From the human T2T-CHM13v2.0 reference genome, Homo sapiens, in the NCBI RefSeq assembly GCF_009914755.1, contig NC_060936.1: a stretch of DNA of 64,000 nt. One strand, given 5' to 3'. The notes beneath the pieces are model-generated. The model did not search any database. It saw nothing but the letters and a program-made list of their open reading frames with translations, and was not told where the DNA came from. A program made the position numbers and the translations under genes. Below, piece by piece: positions 33,754-45,827 of this stretch. Position 1 is the stretch's first letter. Every line of letters begins with the position of its first letter.

Positions 33754-34721
33754 TGTAGGGGTGGGTTGCCCCTACACACCTGTGGGTGTTTCTCGTAAGG
33801 TGGGACGAGAGATTTGGAAAAGAAAAAGACACAGAGACAAAGTATAGAGAAAGAAATAAGGGGACCCGGGGAACCAGCATTCAGCATATGGAGGATCCCG
33901 CCAGCCTCTGAGTTCCCTTAGTATTTATTGATCATCTGTGGGTGTTTCTCGAAGAGGGGGATGTGTCAGGGTCACAAGACAATTGTGGGGAGAGGGTCAG
34001 CAGACAAACATGTGAACAAAGGTCTTTGCATCATAGACAATGTAAAGGATTAAGTGCTGTGCTTTTAGATATGCATACACATAAACATCTCAATGCTTTA
34101 CAAAGCAGTATTGCTGCCCGCAGGTCCCACCTCCAGCCCTAAGGCGGTTTTTCCCTATCTCAGTAGATGGAGCATACAGTCAGGTTTTATACCGAGACAT
34201 TCCATTGCCCAGGGACAGGCAGGAGACAGATGCCTTCCTCTTGTCTCAACTGCAAGAGGCATTCCTTCCTCTTTTACTAATCCTCCTCAGCACAGACCCT
34301 TTACGGGTGTCGGGCTGGGGGACGGTCAGGTCTTTCCCTTCCCACGAGGCCATATTTCAGACTATCACATGGGGAGAAACCTTGGACAATACCTGGCTTT
34401 CCTAGGCAGAGGTCCCTGTGGCCTTCCGCAGTTTTTGTGTCCCTGGGTACTTGAGATTAGGGAGTGGTGATGACTCTTAAGGAGCATGCTGCCTTCAAGC
34501 ATCTGTTTAACAAAGCACATCTTGCACCGCCCTTAATCCATTTAACTCTGAGTTGACACAGCACATGTTTCAGAGAGCACGGGGTTGGGGGTAAGGTTAT
34601 AGATTAACAGAATCTCAAGGCAGAAGAATTTTTCTTAGTACATAACAAAATGGAGTCTCCTATGTCTACTTCTTTCTACACAGACACAGTAACAATCTGA
34701 TCTCTCTTGCTTTTCCCCACA
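33754..34721 (-). promoter_or_regulatory. 5' LTR (LTR5_Hs), 968 bp, proviral promoter/enhancer
   Basis: Near-identical to the 3' LTR; TATAAAA at 34191-34185; SOX/OCT-like ATTGTCTATGATGCAAAG at 34041-34024. Confidence 0.97.
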
Positions 34722-35283
34722 TACCAACAATCTCCATGTTGCCAAAACCAGTGGCCACTTCCTTGTCCTCCCTACCTTGACCTCTCACCAGTGGTCAGCA
34801 CGTTCCTTTGGTTTTCCTTTTTCCTCTCTTACTGCTCCTTTCAGCTTTTTTTTTTTTTTTTGCTACCTCTTCTACTAGACTTTGGAATGTTGGAAGGTTT
34901 CCAAGCTCAGTCCAGAGACTTCTTCTCTTTCGTCACTTTTTATCTGACTAACTGTACTCAGTCCCATGACTTTAAATATCCTTTACAGGCTGATGAGTAT
35001 TTTTTAAATATCTTTAATGACTCCCCTGGACTCCAGACTTCTGTAGCCAACAGTGTACTTTCAATCTCTACTTGGATATTATAGCTAAACACAGTCAGCT
35101 CTCTTCTCAGTATCCACTTTTCCGTACTAGAACCATGAGATTGTTTGGGATAGCAATAGGCATAGCTAAGAACAATATTTTCTAGACTCTCTTCCAGCTA
35201 TGGGTAGCCATGGGAGATGCCAACCAAAATCTTCTGGAGCTTTCTGGAAATTGTTTAACCTTGATAAAGACACACATCATTAC

Positions 35284-35656
35284 TGATATGGTTTGGCTGT
35301 GTCCCCACCGAAATCTCATCTTGAACTATAGCTCCCATAATCCCCACCTATTATGGAAGGGACCTGGTGGGAGGTAATTGAATCATGTGGGTGGGTTTTT
35401 CCCATGCTGTCCTCATGATAGTGAATAAGTCTCATGAGATCTGACGGTTTTGCAAGGGACTTTCCCCACTGTTGCTCTGCGCTTCTTGTTGATGCCATGT
35501 GAAGAAGGATGTGTTTGCTTCCTCTTCCGCCATGATTGTAAGTTTCCTGAGGCCTCCCCAGCCATGCTGAACTATGAGTCAATTAAACCTTTTTCCTTTA
35601 TAAATTGCCCAATCTTTGGCATGTCTTTATTAGCAGCATGAGAACAGACTAATACA
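35284..35656 (+). mobile_element. THE1 (C/D-like) solo LTR
   Basis: TGATATGGTTTGGCTGTGTCCCC...GAACAGACTAATACA. Confidence 0.88.
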
Positions 35657-36634
35657 CTTCCTCATTTTGCTTCTTTCTTATTCCTGCCTGAAACTTGGAC
35701 CAGAAGTTGGAGATAGAACACATATTGTAATCATGGGGCAGCTGTAGAATGAAAGCCATTATTTTTTTGGTGCTTGAGCAGGAAGAAAAAGGGATCCTTG
35801 AGTAGCTCTATCAACCATGATGTGGTTACATCTTCCTGTTTTTTTTTTTGTTTTTTGTTTTTGCCATATGAGAAAAATAAATGCCTTACTGATTAGGCCC
35901 TTGCTACCAAGTTTCTGCAGGTAGTTCCTATCCATGAGAGATATAGGTATAAAACAGGCATAAAAAATAATATGTCTAATAAGGAACTCTCTTGATTTTC
36001 CCCTGTCCACTGACCAAATTCTTTTTCAGGTCATCCCCATTTCAGTAAGAGGTTTCACCATCTTCCAGACTGCTCAAGTCAAAAGCCTAGATGTCAACCT
36101 TGGTTCTTCTCTTTCCCTTCTTCCCTCTTCTATCAAAATCACCAGCATGTCCTGCATGTTCTGCTTCCAAAATACACCTCTAGACTGTTCACTTCTCTCA
36201 CTCTTGGGGCCACCCCCAAAAGTCCAGCCTATGTCTTTGCTACAGGCTTCTCCTGATCATCTCCCTGCTTCTTTCCTTACCCCTCCCTCCAGTATCCATT
36301 CTTCTCATAGCTACCAGTGAGCTTTAAAAAATATAAATTACATCACTTAACTTGCTTACCAGAACTATTTGCCCAAACCTAAAATAATTTAGTGAGTTTC
36401 TGTTGCAATTAAAATAAAGGGTAGAAAAGGGCTGACAGTCTGTCCCTGCCTGCTCTACTGAGGTGGCCCACCACTCTCCCTCTCTCTTTCCCTGTGTGCC
36501 TGCCATGTCAGCCTTCTTTCTGTCTTTGAATGTGCGTGTGAATGATTTTTCTCCTCAGGACAAATGCTCTTGCTGTTCCCTCTGCCTGATACCTCCAGGT
36601 TGACCCATCCTCATAATTTAAGTCTCAGCTCAAA

Positions 36635-37176
36635 CGTTACCGGAAAGAGGTCCCAATTCAGACTCCAGAGAGGGTTCTTGGATCTCATGCAAAAAAGAAT
36701 TTGAGGTGAGCCCATAGAGTAAATTGAAAGCAAGTTTATTAAGAAAGTAAAGGAATACAAGAATAGCCATTCCATAGGCAGAGCAGCTCAGAGGGCTGCT
36801 GGTTGCCTATTTTTATGGTTATTTCTTGATTATATGCTAAATTAGGGGTGGATTATTCATGCCTCCTCTTTTTAGAACGGATAGGGTAACTTCCCGATGT
36901 TGCCATGGCATTTGTAAACTGTCATGGCACTGGTGGGAGTGTAGCAGTAAGAACGACCAGAGGTCACTCTCATTGCCATCTTGGTTTTGGCCGGTTTCTT
37001 TACTGCAAACTGTTTTATCAGCAAGGTCTTTATGACCTGTATTTTGTACCGCTCTTCTAGTTCATCCTGTGACTTAGAATGCCTAACCATCCTGGAAGGC
37101 AGCCCGGTAGGTGTCAGCCTTATTTTACCCAGCCCCTACTCAAGATGGAGTCGCTCTGGTTCAAATGCCTCTGGCA
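36635..37176 (-). mobile_element. MER41A solo LTR (ERV1), inserted in L2
   Basis: Minus strand begins TGCCAGAGGCATTTGAACCAGAGCGACTCCATCTTG; 4-bp TSD CAAA (36631-36634, 37177-37180); lacks the GAS-containing segment of MER41B. Confidence 0.88.
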
Positions 37177-37477
37177 CAAACACCGTCTCCTGAGAGCGGC
37201 CTTCCCTCAGCACCCTGATGGAAGCAAGCAGTCTCCTCTGACCTGGAATGCCTATTCTTTTATTTACCTCCAAATCAAATCAAATCTACCTGAAGGCTTA
37301 TTATCTCTGAAGAGACTTTCCTGGATTACTCTGCTCCACAAAGACTTTTTTTGTTTCCTGATCTCCATAAGACTTACCTGTGCCAACTTTTCCAGAATAT
37401 GAGTATACTAGACCCAGTCTTGTGCTGCTGTCAAGTTGTTTGGTATGCATGCCTCGTTTTCCTACATAGAGAGTAAG

Positions 37478-37773
37478 CTTTTTTTTTTTTTTGACAGGGT
37501 CTCTGGTTGCCAAGGCTGGAGTGCAGCGGCACAATCTCAGCTCCCTACAGCCTCGACTTCTTGGGCTCAGGTAATTCTTCCACCTCAGCTTCCTGAGTAG
37601 CTGGGATTATGGGCATGTGCCACCATGCTGGCTAATTTTTTGTGTCTATAGTAGAGACGGGGTTTGGCTACGTAGGCCAGGCTGGTCTCGAACTCCTGGA
37701 CTCAAGAAGTTTGCCCTCTTCAGCCTCCCAAAGTGCTGGGTTTACAGGCTTGAGCCACTCACTGTGCGCAGCC
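37478..37773 (-). mobile_element. Alu (AluJ-like)
   Basis: Poly-T + gacagggtctctggttgccaaggctggagtgcagcgg; diverged dimer. Confidence 0.88.
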
Positions 37774-37800
37774 TAGTGTGAACTTTTTGAAAATGGCAGG

Positions 37801-38199
37801 TGTATTAGTCCATTCTCCCATTGCTGTAAAGAACTACCTGAGACTAGGTCAATTGTAAACAAAAGAGGTTTAATTGGCTCATGGTTCCGCAGGCTGTACA
37901 GGAAGCATGGTTGGGGAAACCTCAGGAAATTTACAATTATGGCAGAATGCTAAGGGGAAGCCAGCATGTCCTACATGGCTGGAGCAGGAGGAAGACAGAG
38001 AGTGAAGGGGAAAGTGCCACACACTTTTAAACAACCAGATCTCATGAGAACTGTAGCAGGAGATAGCACTAGGGGCATGGTGCTAACCCATTAGAAACCA
38101 CCCTATCATCCAATAACCTCCCACCAAGCTCCACCTCCAACACTGGGGATTACAATTCAAAATGAGATTCGGGTGGAGGCACAGATCCAACCCATATCA
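37801..38199 (-). mobile_element. MST (MSTA/B-like) solo LTR
   Basis: TGTATTAGTCC...CCATATCA; 5-bp TSD GCAGG (37796-37800, 38200-38204). Confidence 0.88.
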
Positions 38200-40819
38200 G
38201 CAGGTTTTGAATTTTCTTTCATAACTTGAGTGCTTGGCTCATGGTGGGGGCTTAAAAATATATATTAATTTAGTGATGTTCATATTTTCCATAAATGGTG
38301 CTTTTATAGAAATCATCTGCTTTTGTCTTTACCCTGGAGGGCTTTTGAGGTAAATAGTTCCCTGCTGGATTATAAAAAGAATCTACTAACGCTTTAATTT
38401 TTCATTTTGTCTCTGTGGCTAAAATCAAGCTAGGCTCCCAGTATATTAGAAAATAAAGTATGTTTTGCAACACTTTTCTTCCAGTTGGATTCAGAACTGA
38501 AAGTGAAGGTAGTCATGGTATTGATTGACATTTCTTTTTTCCACGAATATGCATACATGTTGGTGGGAAAGGCAGAGCCCAAAATGTGATGGTGAACTTT
38601 AGCTTTTTGAAGTTTTGTTCCAATGTAGAGAAAGTTGCATTTGTCTCTTCTATTCAAAATGATGCTATGGATCATTTTCAGTAGGGCTGGAGTTCTGGTT
38701 GATTTTTCCAGAAGTGATTAGCAATTATGGATTTGTGCAGATTTGCCCATTCTTCTTTCCTGGTATCCATGGCAACCAAAATGGTACATCTTTGAGAAGC
38801 TTAATGGGGACAATCAAGGGAGGTTTTCTTGGTGAAAAGCAAGCTGGTCAGTTTGAGCTTCCAATCCCCACGTCAGGTATCATTAGCACCCAGTCATCAT
38901 CAAGCCGAATGAACCAGCCCAGGAAATAAACAATTACTCTGTAAGGGTATCTTATTCTCACTTTTTTTTTTTTTGAGATTTGCAATAACTGAAATTTAGT
39001 CAAAATTCAATAAAGCTAGAACTAGCCATCTCTGCAAAATTTGTTCATTTCTTGTGGCAGTGAGGCTGGCAATCCTGCAAATGAACCCTGCTCAATCCTG
39101 TCCAGATCTAGCTTTGCTTTGCATTCAGAAAGGTTCAGCTGAAGTTTAAATCCAATCTATAATAAAAGAAATGAATCTTTAATAATATGAAAGATCAAAA
39201 CCCAGAGAAATTTCAGTTGGGTTTATCACAGAACACTCTTTCTCTGATATAGTTACCATATTTTAAGGGGACTGTAAAATTCTCCATATGTTTACAAGCA
39301 GGATCTAAGGAGCAATGATCTCAAAACAGGCACTCAGGAAACATTAAGTAAATTTAATACCACTCCTTCTAGTAAAAGTAAAGAAAAGCTTCAAAGTAAC
39401 AATTTGAAAAGTATGAAGCAAATATGTCCACACTAAATATTGTACATCAATAGGAATTGCTCTAAATGGCACCTTGGCTATAGTTCTTAGAGAAAAGATG
39501 TCTTTTTCTTTTTACATCCCAGGGCTACATTTTTACCTTTTTGTTTTAATCGAGGTTGTATGAGGAAAATAGTTTTCTCTTTGAAATGTATCCATTGACT
39601 TGGCACCTAACTAATCCAGTTTATTCTGTGTGTCTAGGCAATATTCTGTGCATCTCAGTGAAAAGGTTATCTGCACTAATAGATCTTTGGCAAACTTCTG
39701 CTGGTGTTCACTGCTTAGGTAGTGGAAGACTAGAGGACAATGTGTATGCATGTTTTGGTGCTGAGAGTTTTCCATGAACAGATGGCAAAGCGATAAACTA
39801 AAAACATATGCACTGCATTGTAAACATTTCCTCCTGAGTGATTTGGCAGACTGACAATTATCAGACAAGAAAAGTGAGGTTGTTCAGAGCCATAGGAAAA
39901 ATTTAATCCTTGAAAACAAGGAACTAGGCAGGAAGTTATTTGCATATTTAACTCTCAAAACGAAGAAGTGAGTTCCTCCAACTAAGATGTTATTTTTTAA
40001 CTCAACTGTGGGAGACCGATGATTTGTATCAGTTTGGGGTTTGATATCTTCCTTTAATTACTCCAGAGTCTTCTGCACAGGTTTCTTTAAGAAGTTTGTT
40101 AAATAATTTATTTTTAAGTTTTATCTCGTCTCAGAAAATACAGAGTGCTTTAATAGGGGCTGCTTTGGGGGACTCCCAAAGTAGGCCTTTCCTGAAAGAA
40201 CTTTCTGAAGTAGACTCAGGAAGATCTGAAGAAAGAGACTTAGACGCTGAGTTTCGGTTTTCTAAGGAAAGCTTCACAAAAGATCAAAGGAAGGGACAGG
40301 TTCCAAGAAGGATTTCTCTGAACAACCAGTCAGAGCAGCGAGGTCATTTTCCCTGTGGGCTACCCTTGCCCCTGGTCCTCTTTAGATCTGGCACCTGAGG
40401 CTCACATCAGTTCGGAGCTCCTTTTGGCATCCCTCTGGGAAGGTACTGAGCGTTCTGTCTCCTCCATGTCACCACTACTTTCCCATGGAGCAATGTCTAC
40501 CTCCCAGTGAGCTGTTTCTCCGTGGTGAAGCCCACTTGGTGATGGGTGCACCATCTTGTTCTGGGCGTCTTCTAAGGCCATGTGGCATCACACAAACCAC
40601 AGTGTGATGGTGACATGGGCTTAAGAAGAAGCCCATGTGGAACAAGATGAAAATTAACCTCCAGTAAACAAAATAATGGCAAAGAGGAGAGACAGTGTGT
40701 CAAAGAGCATGTGGGCAGATTCTCATGAGAACTGCAATGAGGAGGATGACACATCTCTGCCAGTCCTCTGGCACCCACAACAGCTGGCTCTAGTGACCAC
40801 TTCTAAGTGGAGAGGAAAA

Positions 40820-42010
40820 GAACTTTTTAAAACATTTATAGACTTTGTAGAGCGATTATAGGTTTACAGAAAAAAGATAGAAAGAACAGGGAGTTCCTAC
40901 ATACTGTGTCCCCTCCCTGCAATTTCCCTCTTGTTAACGTATTGCATTGGTGTGCTACATTTGCTACAATTGATGAGCCAATATTGATAGATTATTATTA
41001 AACTAAAATCCATAGTTTACATTAGAGTTCACTGTTTATGTTACAAAATTCTATGGCTTTTGCCAGATGCCTAATGATATGTTTTTACCACTTTAGTATC
41101 ACATAGAATAGTTTAATTGTCCTAAAAATCCTTTGTACTCTCTCTATACAATTTGTTCTTCCACCCCTCACCTACCAACCCCTGGCAACCGCGAATCACT
41201 GATTCTTTTACTACCTCTATAGCTTTGCTTGTTCCAGAATGCCAGATAGCTGGAATCATACAGTTTCAGACTGGTTTCTTTTACTTAGCAATATGAATTT
41301 GGGTTTCATCTGTGTCTTTTTGTGGCTTGATAACTCCTTTCTTTTTATGACTGAATAATATTCAGTTTTATGAATGTACCACATTTTGTTTATCCATTTA
41401 CCTACTGAAGGTCAACTTGTTTGCTTCTGATTTTGGCAATTATGAATAAACTGCTATTGAGATCGGTATGCAGTTTTTTGTGGATGCAAATTTTCAGCTT
41501 ATTTGGGTAAGTACCAAGAAATACAATGCTGGATAGTATGTTAAGAATATATTTAGTTTTGTACAAAACTGACAAATTGTCTCCCAAAGTAGCTGTACCA
41601 TTTTGCATTCTCACTGGCAATGGATGAAGGTTCCCAGTGCTCCACTTCCTCACATCCTCACCAGCATTTGGTGTTGTCGATGTTTTGGGTCTTAGTCATT
41701 CCTATAGGTATGTAGTGGTATCTCATTGTTGTTTTAATTCACATTTCCCTGATGTGAAATGTGCTTATTTGCCATCCATATATCTTCTTTTGTGAGACGT
41801 CTGTTCAGATCCTGCCCACTCTTTAATGGGGTTGTTTGTCTTCTTATTGTTGAATTTTAAAGAGTTATCTGTATATTTTAAATACAAGCCCTTTATTAGA
41901 TTTGTGTTTTGCAAATATATCTCCCAGCAGGCATGTTTCTCCTAGCCTATTGCTTGTATTTTTGTTTTCTTAACAGTATCTTTTAGAGCAGGAGTTTTTA
42001 ATTTGGAAGT
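40820..42010 (-). mobile_element. Old L1M 3' fragment
   Basis: ccaaagtagctgtaccattttgcattctcactggcaatggatgaagg...gtagtggtatctcattgttg. Confidence 0.8.
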
Positions 42011-42507
42011 TTTTGGGGGGGGACGTGTTGAAATAGTAGAGGTGCCAAAGTAGTTGTGGTTGGTGAGGGAAGAAGAGGAGAGATGAAGAAGGAATTTTAA
42101 AAGAGTATTGCTGTGACCTACATACTTCCTTCAGAATATTTGAGAAATGCAAGTAAAGAACTTGAGTGAGTCTGAACCCACGTTGTGGTTGTTGGACTGT
42201 ACTTGAATATGAGGACTCGGCACCTGAACTGCGTGGGCACAGCTTTCCTGTGCTCTGTGACTCTGGGTGGCTGGATATGAGCATCACATAAACATATGCG
42301 AAGGGCATAAGGCAATTTGTAGGGGTGCTGTAAATGTGAGTGTGCTCTGTATAGGAACACTGTGGGCACATGGGACTGCCTGAGAGCAGTCCGGACAAAA
42401 CCAAGGCCACTCCAAGGGGCCTCGTTGCTGCTCTTGTTCTGACTCCACCTCTTTCATTCCTCTGCATTGAAAGGGAAAGAGAGGAGTCAACCTCACTGCA
42501 ATTTTAT

Positions 42508-42628
42508 TTTATTTCATTTTTTATACTTTCAACTTGTATTTCAGATTCAGGGGGTGCAGGTGCAGATTTGTTACATGGCGTATTGCATGATGCTGAGGTT
42601 TGGGGTGTGATTGATCCCATCACCCAGG
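42508..42628 (-). mobile_element. ~120-bp 5'-truncated L1PA (older PA) 3' end
   Basis: tcagggggtgcaggtgcagatttgttacatgg...gatcccatcacccagg; perfect 16-bp TSD CTCACTGCAATTTTAT (42492-42507, 42629-42644). Confidence 0.85.
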
Positions 42629-44033
42629 CTCACTGCAATTTTATCAAGGCTAGTTCAGAAGCTTTATTCTTGGTATCATAGTTTCCAGCTACATGAGTTT
42701 CACATACATGAGGAAATTGTGGGTTGAGGAGTCTGAAAGAATTTAAAGCCATTAATTGCGATTGTAATTAATTCAGAGGCCAATATCCTATATTTGTGAT
42801 CGTTAAGACAGAGTCTTGATTGAAGTGCAGTATCGCACTCTCTTTAATAAAAGGGTTTTCTTTTTCTAAGTAAGGGAATAGATTAAACATGATGGTAAGG
42901 GATAAGATTTTCTCACTTAAGAAAATGCAGTCCACGCAGGACAACTGATCAGGTTCAAATCTTGTCTTTTCCACTTACTGGCCAATATTTACCTCCTTTG
43001 AGCCTCTCAGGTTTCTCATCTTAAAATGGCATCAGTGACATTACTGCAATTGCAAGGCTGGGCTGAGTAACTGAAACAAAGCACATGAACCTCCTGGCAC
43101 CATGACTGGGAGGGGGATGATGCTCTGCACCTGTTCTTTTCACCCCCTTCGTGTTACAAGAAGTGTGCTCTCCCAAGTCCTCTGCTGGAACAATCTACTC
43201 TCCATCCTTTAGAGAAAACCCTGTGAATTCCTGCTTCTGTAATTTTGCTTATTATTCCTTCTATCTTGTATATATCTTCCTTCTCCTCTTCAACTCTCCA
43301 ATCCTTTGACGGCTTCACTAGTTGCTTTTCTGGAGGGCTGGGATGCTTTCCCCTTTCTCATCTCCTTAGTCAGTCATGGCATTTGGTACCCATTGCAGTG
43401 CACTGCCTCGTGTTGTTCATATGCATGTGCCTTTCAATCATCTCGATCATATCCCTCCAGCATCACTTCTTTTGTCAGCATCACCTTTTTTGTTGGGTCC
43501 TTCATGGTGTCCTTTTAATATCAGCAAATCGAATGTAGTAGATGCTCATTTAATAATCGATATTTGGATTACAAATCATCTCAATGAGTTTAGTAAGTTG
43601 CCCTAGAACCTTCCTTACTATGCAATGCTTTGTTAATTCTATTTGGATTCCTTTGCAAAATGTTTGTTTCTTTTAAAGTTTTTTTTAGAAAAAAGAAAGA
43701 TTAAGTAAACTGTGGCTCATCAAAAAAGGTGCTTGGGAAGATTTTTTTTTAATACCATAGGGTAATACTTGTGTTGTCATGTTAAAATTAAATTGGAGCA
43801 TGTAAAAGTATGCATATAGCATGATTACAACCACATATTCTATAGTTTAAAACAACTCTGAAACTGCTAGCAACTAAAAAATCAGGTCCAAGCATAAATA
43901 TGAATTCTTTTTTGGGGCTAGAATAACTATTATTTTCTTTCCATTTTATTTGTAGAAAGAATGTTTTTATGGGCAAAATCATTCTCTGCATGGTTAACTA
44001 CTTGCTGTGAATGAAGACCTATTCTGCTTCTTT

Positions 44034-44048
44034 CCACTAGAGGTCACT
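44034..44048 (+). promoter_or_regulatory. Candidate CTCF core motif
   Basis: CCACTAGAGGTCAC matches CCASYAGRKGGCRS at 13/14 positions, in repeat-poor sequence. Confidence 0.4.
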
Positions 44049-45827
44049 GTGGTTCTTTAGTTATTTTTTTCCGTTTGGCATCCCTGTTAGCAGGGCTAAA
44101 AGGATTCTGTCACGGTTATTATTTTTAGCAAAGTTAAGAGAAATGTTAAAATGATAGTCTCCTTTTTTAAATACAAAGAAACATTTTCCGGAGCAATTGT
44201 ACTTCTTTTCAGATTTCGTTTTCCAGGCCATAACTATCAGAAACATTTCTATTTTACATTGGCGACCCCAATTTAATTTATTAGCGTGAAACATTATCAC
44301 TATACCATTTATTCTGCTATTAAAACAGAATTGCACCCATGCTTTCTATGTGTGAAAAAATAGAAGACTAACCCTTTCTATTTCTGGTTCAGCTTTATTT
44401 TTTCGAAGATTGTTTCCCAGCAGTACAGAAACATGGTTTCTAGAAGAACTTGTTAGTCATGGAGTATTAAAATCGATTAATGACACATGAGATGTGCACA
44501 TATAAGCACCATTTTGAAGGTGAATGCAGGATATCCAACAAATTCTACCAATAAACTACTGTGTCTTTAAAAGAATTTCTCCCTGGTAAATTCAGTAGGA
44601 ATACAGGCTATGTTTTTCTGTTTGAAAAATGATTAAATATTAAGAATTAGAAAAAGGAAATATAGCTCCAAATATTAGTAGGATGCATGCTGAGTGTAAC
44701 ATCATCCAAAATGTCTAAGCAACATGATAACCAAGGTCCTTGGTTTTCCTACCGGAGTCAAGTCCATTTCACTATAAACCAAGAAGCTCTACATTTTATA
44801 ATGTTTGGAAAACCCTTATTTTTCCTTCTCATTCTCTTTTTGCTATTTGCAGCCTTGAAAAATGGGGTCCCAATCACCTCACAAGACCATATTTATTTTT
44901 CATAGTCTGGGCTATTTGGTTCCTGTTGTGTTCTTATTCCTAGGGCATTCTTGCTAAATTCACAGTAATTTCCCCCAATTCAAATTGTGTCTCAATAAAT
45001 TTCAAAGTTGATTATCCATTATTTATTATGGACCCTAAATTTAGCAGTACTAGAGAGATTTGGATATGAGTGGCATTTTGGAAACCCACCGACCACTCCA
45101 GCAATCTACAATATGCTTTGAAAAATCTGCACAACTTTTGCTCCCGTCTTCTGACTAGAATGCACAGCTCCAGTTCCCTAAGTTTGCTGAACATGCTGAG
45201 GCCCAGGCTGTAAGCAGCAGATGAGGCTGACTGCAATGGGGCATCCTGCTGCAGTTTGAAGCCTTTCTTTTTCATTTCCTGCAAACCCAATCTCTGTTCT
45301 TGCTTTTGGAGGCAACTTTTACAACTGGGTATCTCTAAAGTGGAATAATTAATAATTGTCTTGATACAATTAACAAAAGATAACTGGCTGGCTATGACTT
45401 TTTTTTTGAAAAGCACTTTCTTTTTTTCCTTCAAAGGGTGTTTTCACCTTTCTGTCTTTAATCCAGAGTCCTCCAAGGCTATTTAGAAATATTATTTCCT
45501 TGGGGCTCTCTGCCGTTGTGGTTTCTATTACCTAGTCCAGTATTTCTCAAACTTGTAAATAATATACTTGGAAATGCATATTTTTGGCAGGGAAGGAAGT
45601 ATGTCAGGGTGGTTTTGGAGTCAGAAAAACCTGCTTTTGAGCCTTACTTCTACAACTTACTAGCCATATGACTTTCAAGCTTTATAACCTCATTAAATTA
45701 ATTTTGGGATCTTTTTTATTAAAATGAAGATACAAACAATGGTAAATAGGATAATGTGTATAAAATGAATAGTACCGTGTCTGACACATGATAAATACTC
45801 AACATGTGGTAGGGATTAATAGTAGTT

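Noticed and set aside
41970-42467. 165-aa minus-strand ORF (also 149 aa at 21341 and 140 aa at 45012)
   Set aside because: No recognisable domain or exon structure; lengths compatible with chance in 64 kb
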